From the NCBI RefSeq assembly GCF_000150275.1, contig NW_002060948.1, positions 5,687,464-5,751,463 of the forward strand: a stretch of 64,000 bases of DNA, given 5' to 3'. Made by a program: the position numbers and the translations under genes. Shown piece by piece: positions 12,401 to 28,062 of this stretch; positions within the stretch are counted from its first letter, which is position 1; each line of letters opens with the position of its first letter. Origin of the DNA: Trichoplax adhaerens (Eukaryota; Animalia; Placozoa). The notes beneath the pieces are model-generated. The model did no database searches and was not told the origin of the DNA. It worked only from the letters and a program-made list of their open reading frames with translations.

Positions 12401-15400
12401 GTAGGAGGTTATGCAGTAATATTTGGGAAAGGTTTTGGTAATAATATTAGTACCTAATTTTAGTACCTCGGTTTCGTTGTCTTTCATAACTGGATAGTAA
12501 ATGACACAATTCTTAACTCCTTTCATAAATGCAATATTAATTATTATAATAGGCTAATGGAAATTGTTTAGTAAAATTGCAATACTATTGAGTAGATATC
12601 TAATAACGTATCTGATATGTAAATTCTTTGTAATTTAGTAATCTGTTAGCGATTAAAGGATAACCCTTACGTCTCAAAAATATGTTGTCTCTACGATACC
12701 AAAGAAGCAGCATGTATACTATACTCGGTCTAATTATCAAATTGTCATGATACTGAGGAAATGTAAATCCAGTTAAAGTTATATCTTAATTTTTATCATT
12801 CTTTGTTAGATAAGCTCATATCAATTTCTAAAGTTAAGATTAATCGCTTGGCATTGGGGTTACTTTATCTAATAGATTTTAGCAAATGTACTATTTATCA
12901 TCTAATCTAACCCATTGTGTCTCACTCCGTATACTTATACCTGTATATCAAGTTTGTGCTAACCAACTTTGTGTCTAAGTTGTTTTTATACTTTACCAAA
13001 CTTTCAATAATCCTTTCTTAATTATTTATCGACTGTACGAGTATGCATTGTTTGATATCAATATTCATAGAGAGCGAAATTAACCTCACTAAAAAATTAC
13101 TTTCCATTTCCAGTCCTTTATTGCAATTTAAATCGGCCTATCAGTTTTATACATTCTTTAAGCTCTCGAGTAATTACAATTTTATTATGCATGGGATTTT
13201 CAGTTTTAGGGCTATCTAAAATTGAATCATTATCTTGCATTATTGTTAAATTTTTAATGTGTGATGACTGACGCAAATTTAAATACGTGTATTTTTACCT
13301 CACTTACCTTTCTTTAATACATAATTATCATTAGGGTGACTGTGACGATATAATAGTTTTCTCTGTAGCTTCATTGAATCAACTGTATATTCCCACTGAT
13401 CATTATTGACATTCAATTACTGTTATATCTCGACGATAGGTATCTTATGCCAGTATTGACAATTTTAGAAATTGCATTTAAGCTATCATCAATTATTTTG
13501 TCAAAATAGTTTTCTAGATTATGTCATCTGGATAATCTTGTTTCTTATCCACCTGGATTACCAAATTTGTTTTTGACACTAATATTCTATTGTTATATGA
13601 ATTAGTGTATAGAAGATAATCTAGTATACTAAAAGTACTCTGTTTAAATTTTTTCAGCAGGTAATTTAATTGACTTTATATGAACCTGGTTTCCATTTGA
13701 CGTATCGTGCTGTGTTACAGCTAATATCAAAATGGCTTTGGCATTAGTCTAGGATACTGATATTTTTTTTGCTATTCTCATCAATTGTTTAAACTTATTT
13801 CCAATGCTAATCATTAATAATAGGCACTAGGAGAATGTCATTATTATCTTAAGCACATCTTATATCTAATTGATGATAATAGCCAGCATGAACACGTGAT
13901 AAGATGAATCTTGTGATAGGTATTGTTGAGATAGTCTATTTGTATTGGCTAATTAACAAATGGATAGATCGAGTATTTTCTTATTTGGCTCCTTAGCTCA
14001 ATTCAATTACAGCACTTGTTCCATTTAAGGTTATAAACCGATCGATCGATCACGTTCTTCTATCTAGTATTCTATTCTTGCGCAATTTACCTTAGGACTT
14101 TGTTCATTTGTCTGTATATTCTTTTCTCTGGCTTCATGCAATCCTCCAGTTTCGTCGACCATAAATGGTAATATTAGTTTTGAAAAGAGAATCTTGTTTG
14201 GATCGATAGCTAAATAGTTATTGATATTATCTTATCACTGGCGATATAATGTTATATAAAATGGAAGTGGGTAATCGAGTTTACGGATAGTCGGTTGAGA
14301 TCTCCTTGAAAGCCATATTGTGAATTGATCATCGTGAGGTAAGATTATAATTTATAATGCTCTGTGCTAGAAAAAATAATTGAATACTAGTGATAACTAC
14401 AATTACGAATATGATTCAAACACATTGATCTAGTTTGGATATTATTTTTGATGCTCTGTTGCTTAAACTGTTGATTTATGAGATTATTTTTTAATTGATG
14501 CCCTGCTTGCAACTAAATCTTCGATAAGGTACGGGTAATCCTAATGATTCTGAATCTGTTTTTCAATACCAAAGGGGAACATACGCATATCATAGTAAAT
14601 GGAATATGGCTATCAATTTCATTTATCTTTGCGTATTATTGATTAAACCGGCAGTTAGTCCATCTTGGTTACGATACTTGTTTTAATTTTTGAGTGTATA
14701 AATCTAACGCGCATTGTCAACTTAATTAATTGACCCTAAGAGTAGCGAGAATAGGAATAATTAAGATCTTGTTATGTTTTCAAGCCTCATGAAGCTATTC
14801 AGAGATTTTGTATCATGCGTTCGCGAAATGCTTATATACTCGTATAAATAATGAGATAAGTTATAAATGAACTGATTGACCCTTTGCTATTTTTACAATA
14901 TCTACAGCCAATAATGGCTTATTTTGCTTATAAGTTATTCGAAGAATATCTGTCAATCTGTAATAGAATAGAAAACCTAGAGTATTCTTCACTTTTTAGA
15001 TTCATAAGACTATTACTGTCTATGTTGACTTTTAAAATGATGATAATAATATAATGCTTAGGGTATTTCGCAACTGATAAGTTTGAGTTGTCATTCTGAT
15101 CCAATTTCTTAACAAAACATCGTTCTTTACCAATATGGAAAAGTCTATTCCTAAGCAATAAGAAAAATTCAAAACTACCTTACAACGTTACGAACAAATT
15201 TACGGCATTTTAAATTTGTAAGATGGCAGGGGCGCATGCACATTGCTATCTAATAAGACTAGTTTTGTTTTAGAATTTTTTCCTGCCTATTGGAATAGTC
15301 TTGTACCGATGCAAATTGTATGACAGTATCGACAGCTTAGTAATGTATTCAAAACATGGAGAAATATTCTATAAAATGGAAGAAAATGTGCGAGTGATTT

Positions 15401-17180
15401 CTTTATTTCATTTCTTAGTGTATTATCGAGCTTAAAATTTTGAAATCTATCGTAACATGTACGGTACATAAAATTCCTTATCCAGTATTGATAAGTAAAA
15501 TAAATATACTCCATTCTTCGATATTTTCTATCAATCTTATTATAACAATGTTATTTTGTATAAATTCAATCTTGTCTAGTACATTTTACTGGAAAGTCTA
15601 TAGTTCTTGTAGGTCTGATTCTAGTGACAACTAGACATTTTGTTATCAATTCTATAACATTGGCCGTGGGCGTAGTTGCTGCGTAACAGAAACAGAATGA
15701 ATTTCTTTTTCTAATACTGTACTTTCAAATCCTTTTTAAGCTTGAGCTGTGATCAATAGATCCATGCCCCTATCAATAGCTTATGAATCTTAAATATTTT
15801 GCGATCAAGCATTAGCAAATGTATTTTTCATCAACATGTAGATTGTAGAATTTACCTTTCGAAAAAGCTGAGCTATTTGAAAAATTAGCGTATTTTTTAA
15901 GTTATTATAAGGTCAACTTTAAAAAGAATCAAACACAAACAAAGGAAGAACTCTTTACTCTTTAAATTCAATTTGTACATTGTTATGAGAGATGAATTAT
16001 CGCCTTCTCCTAATCACCAATACAATTTCAAATGATCATAACTAGACTTATTTCTAGGAACCGCTTGAAATGACCGGATAGTAATTGAATTTAATATACG
16101 TCGATTGGATAAATTTATAGCATCTGTTACTATTATACCTACACGGGAATAATGGATTTCTTTGAGGGTAATCATTCACTGAGCATCATACATTGACATC
16201 AATTATTTCACTTTGATTTATATAGTAGTGACAATTGATGTAAATGAAGAGAACGGTTGCGAAACGTTTAAAATGTCAAAAGTTGACTAGGTCGTCGTTG
16301 CTATTCAACTAGGGGAAAAGTCCTGTATTAAAATAGCCATTTTCTTCTCAATAGCATTGATTTTGTAATAATCTACTGGCACTAACTAATACCGAATATT
16401 AATTATTGAAGAATTTGGATACTTTGAATGACTATATAACATTCAATGCAATATCATCTCACATCACCTTTAGTATACATGTTTTAATAGCACACGAGTT
16501 TTCTGCATTTACGATCGAAATAATATGCCGAAAAGATCAGATTTAGATAACACTATTTTAGATAGAAACTGACAGATCTATTAGTTTGAATTCTTTTGAT
16601 AGAAAATAAACTCCAGATCGAAGGATTTAGTAGTAAGTTATCGCATGCACGATCAAATTGTCAAGACTACTCGGCCAACTTCAATGCGTCGTTTTCTTCT
16701 CTCAACAGTACGGTAGCTATTAATCGGTCATAGGGATTATTTAGGCTAGATTCTGTAAACACGTCAATTTCTAACTGCAAGAATTTACAAATTTATCATA
16801 ATGAAATAGCACTTCTCTTTACGATAAAGTTTCGCAATGAATTTGCTACACAAATAGCTACTGTTTTTTAACACCAGTGGCCATCAATATAATCGCAGAA
16901 TTTAGTTAAACTACGTTAGTAAACTGTCTATTTCTTATTGGAAAGAACATATGGCTGCATTAATGATTTGGAGACGTAACTTGGATTCATTTAATCTAAT
17001 GCTCATCTTCGAATAATCACATCAACATTTAGTATGGTAAAATTGCTTACAGATAAGGATTTCACTCTGTATAAATGAAATTAATCAAAATTATTTAACT
17101 GAAAGATTATTTAAGTTTACACAAGTCTACACCATATATACCGTATAGGCGTATACTGTACAGGGGTCTAATGCTTAGAT

Positions 17181-17213
17181 AACCGTCAGTAAAGCGACGG
17201 GAGTTTGCACTAG
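17181..17213 (+). mobile_element. Helitron-like 3' terminus
   Basis: aaccgtcagtaaagcgacgggagtttgcaCTAG|t: GC-rich hairpin (ccgtc..gacgg), ~9-nt spacer, terminal CTAG followed by T. The same sequence occurs inverted at 60011-60043. Confidence 0.65.
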
Positions 17214-19003
17214 TATATCTCTAAATTACATTAAAAAATCAGGTATAGTTTCATGATTAAGATCCTACAGTATTATCTAGTATATGTACCATTGTAATCT
17301 TGGAATAAATATATCAGATCCCTTAAGTATTGAATCTTTATCCAATAGTAGTTCAAGATCTCGAATTATTTAAAACTAATCTTTCAATAGTTACTTTGTC
17401 TAAGTTAAGATCGCTACTAAATTGATGATGTACTTGCAGATAGCAAAAGTTGGATGTTTTTATTAAGTTGTAAGGTATCGATTTATATTACAATTTCCGC
17501 CGCGTTTGTATTACTGTAGAATCTATCAACACTAAATCGATGACAATATTCGCTGTTCTTGATAATAAGTTACTCGTATTTAGATTTAAGATGTTACGAG
17601 AATTTACGATGTTAATATAATTCGTTCATTAGCTAATATCGATTCTTGTACTTAGTTTTACAATTTTGGAACTGTTAAAAGTTGTTGATACAGTTCCAAT
17701 TACTAACAATTACATTTGATGAGACATTGATGGAAGAAGGATCTGAATGTGATTGGTCTAGGTATCAATCTTGCTAATTTGCGATTTTATTGTGTTCTTT
17801 TAATATACTTGACTGTCTTTCAGTTATATAGAGGTCGGTTCAGTAATTTATTCTATGTTTAAAATAAATTTAGTGATTATAAAATAAAGTTATTAGAATG
17901 GATTTGTTCGATAGTGTCCACATTATCGAATGAACGTTCTTCTTATCTAATCAAATTATCAAATCGATAGTAAGCTTCAATTTGTATCCTTGAGATGGAA
18001 ATAACCTATTCCCAAGCCTGAAATTAATAAGTTTCATCGGTAGCATTGATGGACCCATTTTAATTCTTAAGAATGAATGATACTTGAGATATGTAATGGA
18101 GTTGACTAATTTTCGATGTTATTTACTTTATATTAGTGATAACGTAACCTTAAAACCTTGTTTCTGCTAGTGAAAAATATTTGAGACATCGTACTGTTGG
18201 ATGAAACATTGTATAGCAGGTTGGCTGTCAGCAGTTAAGACTAGTACCAACTAAATGAATAACAGGCTTTCAATCTTATAGCCTAAGTTACGACAGATTC
18301 TTACAACATTAGATCGCTTAATTCCATTACAAAAGAAAATTACATGGAATTATAAGTAAATCAAGAGGAGTCTAGAAGAAAATTGTATTGTATAGATTCC
18401 TGATAGAAATGAAAACATAATAAACATTAAACAGTCGATGCAACACACCATAAGTATTTCTTCTTAATTTTTTCTGTTGATGAGATAATAGTAAGTTCGC
18501 CATTGGATCGAGAGCTTCTTCATGCTAAATAACCTCTAGTAATGAAATTATACTGAATTATTGAGATAAAAATAGTGAGCAGTGCTCTTAGATATGACAT
18601 CTTAATTCAATAGAGAATTCATACTAAAGAGAAAAGAAGTAATAAGTTTAATAGAATAATGGGTTTTCACATGGTAGTATTTATGTTCCACTGCATAATG
18701 ACAGCGAATAAACTTCACTTGTTGCTCCGCATTATGCTCTCTGGATGGGTCTAATTTTAAATTATTGAACGTTCAGTGGAGAAATATAGATGCTCCTACC
18801 AATGTTGGAGTTTTCAATACCGATCAACTTAAACTCAATCTCTAAGTTAAACTCTAACTTCAATTTAATAGTCAACCAAGATATAGTTATTATATTATTA
18901 ATTGCATCCTGATGATTCCTAACTACATTTTTAATTTATTATAGTCTTGTTATAGAATTATTAGTGACTTGGCGATTTATGATAACTTGTTACAAAATTA
19001 TTT

Positions 19004-19481
19004 TCTCTACTAAGCCAAATACAACTAGTGAAAGACTTCTAGAAAGAACAACCAGATAGTCTAATATCAATTGCTTTTATGCTCTCCGCAGCCTTCGCAG
19101 CTACAACCAGCATAGCAACATTTTACCTTATTTTATACATAATCGAGTAAATATTAGTAACATCATTTTATAGCGAACCATTATTAGTCCAATATGGAAA
19201 CGATTACAGTATTTTCGTAGACATTATTCCTACCACTCAAAGTACAATGAACTAAGCATATCCTAATATATAATTTACAGTTCTATTGTGACCTTTACAG
19301 CTTATTAGTAGCTCAACATCTTACTGTATATAGTCATCCGCACTCTAGCATAGAGTCTACCATAACAGTGTATAATTATGGGCTACTAAATATATCATAA
19401 GATAGATATAGAAACGACACTATCGTGTATCATATTTAACATGGCTACTAGTCTTCAATCATAGTACTAAGTTACTCTACA
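19004..19481. repeat. ~480-bp dispersed repeat, copy A
   Basis: Colinear with 38786-39259 (shared aaagacttctagaa, ttcgcagctacaa, ttttaccttatttta, gtagacattattc, caaagtacaatgaa, catatcctaatatat, actctagcatagagtct, tactaagttac). Confidence 0.9.
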
Positions 19482-20920
19482 CTAGTACATTATAAACAAG
19501 GTTTGAGCGGAATCATAACAAGTTCATTAAGGAAATAGAATATGAGAGCAATAGATCTGGGGTGTCTAATGTTAAGAATAATATTCCAAATGCACATGCC
19601 AAAAACGTTGCTTTTGAAGTACCGTATGTCGCTCAGTGATTCGGTATTATTTTAATATCATTCAATATTTGCACACTAAAATATTAGAATGTTATTGAAT
19701 TAATGGATAAACACTTTACACCCTATATGCATTACAGGCGTTCTAGAAGGAATTTTAATCTAATAAAGCACACTGTTGTGCTATGGGGTCGACATTAGAA
19801 CCAATAACCGTATCTTATAATTTAGCTAATTGACATATCAACTAAATTTCAATAATAATTTGTTCTTGCTTTATTTAATGTAAAAGGAATTGATAAAGAA
19901 AGAAAATTTAATGGAAAAATATGAATATAGTTACATTTTAGCTATTAGATTTTTATGATTATTGATTACCTATAATGAATATCAGATAAAGCAAAAGGAA
20001 ATAAATGATTCGCAGATGAATTTGTCTGTTGATATATTGAGTACAGCACTTAATAATTGATATATCGAACGGATGTAGAGACTTGACGAACATAGAAGAA
20101 CTGTAGATGAAAAAGCCAATAAAGTGTATAGAACTAGAGTATGTAGATTTATACGTAAAGGTACAATAATTCATATATGAGTATAGTAGATGTTTTTAAG
20201 TAGTAGCCGCTATACTAATAATTTAGACGTTATACTTAAATATTTATGTGGTCATTGCCTTTAATGTACATTTAAACAAATTTAAAATGGGAGTAGATAA
20301 ATACGGGCTATGTGTCGATAGTATAATTTATGAGTGTCATATACTGCAGATATTTTATAGAATATTAGCCTACAAGTTATGCATGTTACAGTAGGTTTGA
20401 TTACTTTAGGTGTAAGTTTTCCGATAATTATCTTGCAGTAAACCAGTAAAATCCCATTAAACTGCATTCAGAAATAAACACAAATACAATAAGTAACAGA
20501 AGTACAAGATTTTTTACTTTAATAATTAATCTTTAATATCTCAATGTCATGCACCGGAATCACATGACTAGCAATTTTTATAATGTTTGCATGGTAATTT
20601 ACAATTTTTTACCTTATTAGTAATGAACTGCACTTAAATACAAATGTATTTTAGTCTTAATAAAATATATAGTATTAAATTAGCAATAAAAAAAAAGAAA
20701 AATTATGTTACTTAATATAAAAGATGTAGTTGAGGGGTTAGCTTGATAAGCCATAGATTGACTACTGTGGACGCAATTCTACACATCCTAAATTAGCTAT
20801 CAACATTTGATTCACGCTTTAGACGAAAGAAAATAATTTTAATCCTTACTAACGCAACAATACTACATCCGCGGCAGCGAATAGACAAAAGTAGAGCTTG
20901 GATTAATTTTTTATTTGGAA

Positions 20921-23530
20921 ATGAATAGCCCGAATAGTGTTCGCTTGAAACTGGTGCCTAAAGGCTACAGGGAAATTAAGATCAAGGGCATACCAGCTAG
21001 CAATTATATGAAAAGATTACTTCAGTTTAATATTACTACAACCGCTACCGCTGTTGTCATGATTGTTATTGCTGCCATAATGTTACATGATCCTAATGCT
21101 GTTATTCATACCCTTGGAGTGATATCGGTTGGCCATTGCTTTTTGGTTGGAATACCGGTAAGTTCATACATTCAGCTAACATAGAACAGAGTAAATAATT
21201 GGTTATATGAATCGGTTAGCATTATTTTATGATCACTTTATGGAAGATAGGTCAGTTTAGTATTTGTACTATGGTGAAAATTTATGCTTTTAAGGTCTTG
21301 AAAGGTTAGATTAACTACTAAGCTCTTAAACAAATACGGAGGTAATAAATTCTCCGCTGATCATCACATATGCTTACGGCTAGAGTAAAATTTGTCACTC
21401 TATCATTCTATACTTCTTCTAGAACCTCTGACTAGAGCAAAAGTTAGAGTAGAATTTTCTTTTTTAATTTCCTTTCAATACCGATTGTTTTTAATACTCA
21501 CTGCTGCATGAAAGAAGAGTATCATTATTTTTGTCAAATCTGTGTTGCCTTGAATTCAAACGCAAATTGGATTTTAATTACTGTAAGGTCATACAAATAG
21601 TTAATTCAGATTATAAATGTGGCCGATACTCTTAGCAATAGTACTTTGAGATCCAATTTCTAAAGATTGAAATTGTTATATAGTTTCCGAAAATTTCATT
21701 TTTAAATTTTAAGGAGTTTAAAACAAGGCAATATTTCTATCAAATGCCTGCTTGGAGGCTCACGTTTAGTTTATACGCTTCACCAGACTTTGATTCTATG
21801 CATATCATATCCGTAATTCACTGTAATGCAGTTTCGTTGCAATTTTTCTATGGCATTTTACCGATTAATAATAAATAAATGATGCTGGAAACTATCGACT
21901 TATCAATTGAAGACTGGGATACTCTAAAGATTAACGCGTTGAAATAATCTTCTTTCGTTTTTACCGCAGGTTTTAATCTCTAACTTTATTGGATTAATTA
22001 TTGGAGGCAGTAATCACTTCAAAAGATCATGGGTAAATAATTTTAGGTCCATTTTAATAACTTAATGTTAAATGAAATTTGGTCACGGACGTAAAAATTC
22101 TTTTTATATAGTCACAGTCAATATTCTACAATAGCAGATAAAGGAATCAGTCATTAAAGTACCTTAAAGATTCATAAAGATCGCATTATCTAAGATTACT
22201 TATGAATGTCCGTCCAAAAAGTACTATTTGATAATAAATTGTATTATTAGTCATTGTATAAGAAGGTTCAACCATAACGTTAAGTAAATATTAAGCTATA
22301 CATAGTATTTGATCGTTGGATGATAATTTCCTAGAGATCGCATACGGTTAGAGGTCTTGCTATAGTATTACTACGCAATTGAGGCAAAGAATTAGGATTG
22401 GTTAGCCAATAATTTATCTTAGAGAAGTGATTAAAATGAGCTAAACGTCATCAAATTACTGCTTGTTACTACATAATCAAAACCAGAAACTTTTAAAATA
22501 AAAGAACTAGTATATTTATAGATCATCCAGTTGCCAATTCACTAGTAGAACGGAAATACTAACATTATTGTACTTTATTAAACAGTTATAATTCATAAAG
22601 TAGTTCTAATCGTTGCGAATGAAAATATGTTCAAATTAAAAATTTTGAATTTCAATTTAACTTTCTGACCATACTTTTGAATATACTTTAGAACATATAG
22701 CATACAAAATTAGTATCGCGTAGTATAATTTTGTAGCACCTTTTCATATAATATTGCTAAATGAAATTATACTATAAAGCATAATAAAACTGAGATATTT
22801 AACGTAGTATAACTGTTTGTTAGATATAAGTAGATGCCTTTTAATGGCGAGTCAGTCATGTCATGCAAGTAATTAAACATTTAAAAGTAATTAAAAATGG
22901 AACAAGTATTGGTGTAGTTATGTTTTCTTTGTAGCAAATCTCTCTGTAATTTGTGGTAGTGTCATAGATTCCGTTGTTGCGAGAATTAAATATTATTATC
23001 ACGAGTATATCCTTTTCATGTTATAGTATGAGCAAAATTTCATATCCTTTATACGTATCTGGAAGTATTTGACCTCTGCTAATCTCATTTACACATTCTC
23101 TTCCAGATGAAATGTTATTTTAATACATTTCAGTTTTCACGACTCTTAAGTATATTATTTGGTATCAATATTAGAACAACAGATAAATTTTTAACACTTG
23201 CACTATTAACTAAAGCATAAAATTCTTGGGATATTGCTATGATAGGTAAAATTCCATTCCGTTGTAGTTTTTATGACAATAATGGCCATTATTGGAGGTT
23301 TGGTGATGGTGATTATTAATTTATCAAGGCTACACCTAATACCAGAGTATATACAAAGTCGAGATGGTGCTCAGCTCGTTAATATTCGATCGATGAAAAT
23401 TGGTACAGAAATAATTAATATTATGTCAATGTGTGCCTATGTCAGTTATGCCATGATATTTTGCCAGATCTTAAAAGTATATCGGAAACTTTATATTTAT
23501 TATTCAAGGCATCAAATCGCAAAATTACCG
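20921..23530 (+). CDS. MS4A/CD20-like four-TM protein, array copy 2 (3' end unresolved)
   Basis: Exons 20921-21157 (ends GHCFLVGIP|gtaagt), 21970-22032 (63 nt, VLISNFIGLIIGGSNHFKRSW), 23246-23530 (VKFHSVVVFMTIMAIIGG..AKLP|gtaatt); phase-0 GT-AG introns. Terminal exon not identified; the frame also reads through to a stop at 23782. Confidence 0.78.
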
Positions 23531-26218
23531 GTAATTAAAACTGATCATAGATCACATAGTAAATATATTCTGGAACTACTCACACAACTTTCACTTAACT
23601 TTTATATAACTATTTCACTTGTTCTTATGTATTCGGTATATAGCGATTGCAAGCGGTATAAGGTTGGAAAATTCGAGAAAAAATTGAAGATGCTTCTGAT
23701 TGTTTATTACTTGCGTTTTATGAGTAATGAAATCATCCAAATGATAATGATTACTATTTTGACGAATTTGCATCGAAAATAGCTGATTTTACTCTCACTG
23801 GTATTCTAAATTCACTTTTCGTACAATAGTTAAAAAGGAATTTATATATTTAAGCGATGCTCGACACATTTCTTCCTTTTAGAATTGCAACTGATGATAA
23901 AGTATTCTCTTAAAACCATCATCTATTCGATAGCTACTGTTCTTTCAATTGCTGCTATACGAATTTAGCTATAACGTTAAAGTTGGTCACTAAATTTTAA
24001 AGAATAGCAATCTTTGTGTTTGAAAATTGATTTTAGTGGTACTTTACTTCTGAAATGTGATACCGTATAAAATCTATCAATTTAAGATTTGGGCTAGTAG
24101 TCATACTAATGAACAGCCTTTTGTTAAGATTATGATGTTAAGCCGAATTAATTTAAGGCATTTCGATTTACATCAAATATATTTCATATATTAAACAATA
24201 TATCACATTAGACTAATAATTATTTAAGCTGCATAGTACTAGCATTATTTCATAATGATAAAATATATTTACTCGATTAGTGCTACTTGGAACATCTCAT
24301 CTGTATCTTTATTGATTTAAATAAAATATTTAAGAACAGTTTCGTTATCGATAATAAATAAAATATCAATAATTTACCCGTTACTTGCAGATAATATCTT
24401 TTATATACAAGTTAGTATCGAGCAGTATGGTAACTCTAAAGGGGTTAGTAATATTGATTTACTAATGGACAGATGCCGACGCAGTATGTAAGAGAGGATA
24501 ACGTATGATTACGTTATTTTATTCGTGAAACATAAAATATGTACAAGGAATATCATTTATTTTAATCAGATATTCAGTTAATGATACTAAATGCTTACTT
24601 TAAGTTTATACCATATGGAAATCCAGATATCGCAAATCTCGTTCTAAAGCATGTGTTGCATGCACTGATAAGCTAGAAAATAGACATGATAACCTATGGT
24701 AAAGTATCATTTTAAGGCCGCTTACACCATTATTCAGAGGGCACAATTTTTATCTTTGCCAACTATATAACAACTATGGTGTAGGTGTTAATAGTACTCT
24801 GTTATTTTCTATGCTTTAGCCAAATTTATTTATTGCAGTATTCATTATTCAAGCATCATTCTAGCTGGCCCGTAAAATGATGACGTTACGATAGAGTTAT
24901 TTGCTTTAATTAAAGATTTTACTTTTAGAAATTTAAGGATCGCAGATAATCAACTAATAAGTGAATTCATTTATATTCAAATAATTTCATAGCTATCAAG
25001 AATGCATCTTTGCCATATTACCATGATTGATTATTAAATTAAGAATTAATTAAATTAAAAGCTTTAATTACAGTAGTCGCAATTCAGCGGAAAAATTCAT
25101 TACCAAATCACGATAGGTAAATTTTTTCCGCTGTAATGTAATTTATTTAATAAAAGAACTGAATAGATGCTGAAATATGGTATGGTACTCTTTGCCATTA
25201 GTTCTCATATGTCGACTTTATTATTAGTACAATTATTAGACAAATTAATCGATTAGTACTGCTATCCCATCTCTTTTAAAAGCTTCACTCTGCAAATGAT
25301 TGAGCTATAAACTTCATCAGCCACGTACTTGAAATTGGAAGGCCATTAGTTGTATTATACTCGTATAAGAAATACAGAATCTCAATTTCGACTCAAAATA
25401 AAATCTTGAATAGCCTCCATCAAAGGTAGATAAGGAAAGGGTAATTTTTATCAACATTTTTTTAAAATGAAATTGCCAAATCTGTGCAAGGTAGTATATT
25501 TGAGATTTTGAGTTAGTCAAGAATTTGAAACTAACTGGATTTTTTAACAGTGTACCAGCTATGTTAACACTTGAAATTAAATTGCTGGCATCCTTAAATC
25601 TTTGTAAAATTTGCCGTATGTAGTGAATTGGTTCTAAAGCTCCTTAGTGTACCTACTGTAAAGAGGTGAAACCTCTACACCATCTTAACTGTGTTTGATA
25701 CTATAATATTTTTTAACAGAATAGCATTTTTGCTAAATTTTTTCGCTATTTTCCTTAAAATTTGAAGATAAAGTGAATTCGCTTCTTACTTATCAAAATT
25801 AGTGACGATACAGCAAGTTTTTCTCGTGCATAATACAGTCTAGTAATAATATGAAATTGTACTTTAGCGATATATAAGTAATAGCGACGAATGAAGTGTC
25901 CATTTGTGGGTAGGATTTCGTTAGATCTAACTCTATTCTGAAAGTCTAATAAGTTATAAACTCTCGGTTACGGCGTACGTAGTAATTAAGAACGGCCCCA
26001 AAATATTTCAATTTTAAAAAAGCTTTCCAAAATTCTGTTTACAGTAGTGTGTTAAGATCCTGAATGTTAAACCTTAATAAATTTTGTGTCAAATCTTGTT
26101 ATATTATATTGACTCATAGGAGAACTAATGTCAATTTTTCTTCCCCTATGATAAGGTTTAGACATCGAAAAGCAGTAAATAAATATCGATTGAAAACATT
26201 TAAATTACAATTTGTGCA

Positions 26219-28062
26219 ATGGACATGGAAAATCTTCCAGAAATACAAGTACTGAATCAATCTGGTAGCGGTACTGAATCGAAAATTACTGTTACATTGT
26301 ATCAACTGGTCAACTGGTGCAAAATCAATATCGCTTTAGCAACTATTATTATTATTACTGGAATATTTTCCATAAGTTTGCCAAATTCATTTGGTCTCTA
26401 CACATCAGCTATAACTAAACTTGCTCATTGCTTTTGGGTTGGAGGACTGGTAAGTTGTCATTCATATCGAAAAAATTATAATATGTAACAACAGTTTGGG
26501 ATAGGGACAGTCGTATCGGCTTTGTTAGTACAACTTGTGAGTATTCCATAATCTAAGTTTGCTGTATAACTTTCTCTTAAGTATGTCATACACGATTTAA
26601 ATTAATTTTAAACTACTTTATAAATATTTCATTGTACGCTTTAATATTACGTACTTTTACTGGCTAGTTGTAATTAACATTGATTGTATTCGAAGTAGTC
26701 ATACGTGAATAAGCTCATTTACGAAAGATTATTTTATAGCTTAAAGTAAGGTTTTACCTGAAATGAAATTTGTAACCGAAACGGTAGTTTGATACCATTG
26801 GTATTTCCAATTTAATTTTAATGCGATATTTTAGTCCCTTATGTAAAGTAGAATAAAGACTTACTTGCCAAAACCGATACAGTTTCATATATCAATGTAC
26901 GGAACTTGAATGGGATTTTCACAACCTTGATAGTTGAAAATAATTAACCGTTTCTGGTCGTTATATGATTTTAAGATCTATTTGAACTAAATGCACTCGC
27001 ATTTTAATCGTATAAATGATACGAATTACGCTGACTACGATAGTATTAGCTATCACAATTACGTCTATGAAGAGTCGTCGGAATGTGCGGATTACGATTA
27101 ATTTAGGTTTTTATTTTATGATACCAAGGAATCAATATAGCATAGCAGGAAATATTACTGTGAATGTAAAATCTGACAAAGCAAGAGAATGATCGATTAG
27201 ACTAAAATAAATCTTATTGAATTAAGCTTCTAGGTTCTTAACTTTCGTCTTGTTATATGCTAGACTCAAACTAGTAATCATTGCACATTATTCAAGGTAT
27301 TAATTTAAAGAAAAATATAAATCTGGGACATTTAGAGTTGCTTTAACTTAATGATGTTCAAAACAGTGATTGATACGCGCACAGTTAGTCGATAGTAAAT
27401 AATCTTATGTATGACCTATTTACTTAACTAGCCTTTACTGCAATCATCAAAAATTTATTAACAAAATATTTAAATTGTTATTAATCATTATTTATGTGAT
27501 TTTTTGGTTAGACCGTCGTTTTTAGCCTTTATGGCATTTTAGCTTACAGAAACAAAGAATTTTCGGAGTTGAAGGTTTGTATAAGCTGATTGCATAACAT
27601 TTACTTGATACATACCGGTATTTTTATACTGTATGAGTGTGAAAGTATGATGAATTAAAAATCTCTAATACCATGCTTAGATACGGAGAAGATATAGTAA
27701 AACTATACTCAAAGAATTGAAAATACTTTGTTTATATATATTTCAAATATCATTTTTAAATGCAGGCATCCATTCATGTAGCAATTGCTTCCATTAATAT
27801 CATGGCTATCATCGGTGGATTTGTTGTTTTAGCATTCAATCTAGAAACCGTGATAAATTTACCTCATAAACCTAATAAAGACGGTACCGAATCAACAGTT
27901 ATTGATGTTGTTACCGTGCAGGTGATCTCAGTTCTTGTCAGCGCCATAGTAATGATTATTTATACATTATTCCTCTACGGCAACGTAAAGTCTGTGCGAA
28001 TGCATCATTACGTGCCAAGAAATTTACTAAGTCGTCCAGAACACGACTTCAGTCATACACTG
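26219..28062 (+). CDS. MS4A/CD20-like four-TM protein, array copy 3
   Basis: Exons 26219-26449 (HCFWVGGL|gtaagt), 27512-27574 (63 nt, TVVFSLYGILAYRNKEFSELK), 27766-28062 (ASIHVAIASINIMAIIGGFVVL..SHTL|gtaaga). Possible tiny terminal exon 28305-28319 (VFPI*), tentative. Confidence 0.8.

Noticed and set aside
27234-27296. Alternative 63-nt exon 2 candidate for copy 3 (tag|gttctt..caag|gtatta)
   Set aside because: In-frame TAG at codon 10; 27512-27574 is open and fits the family pattern.
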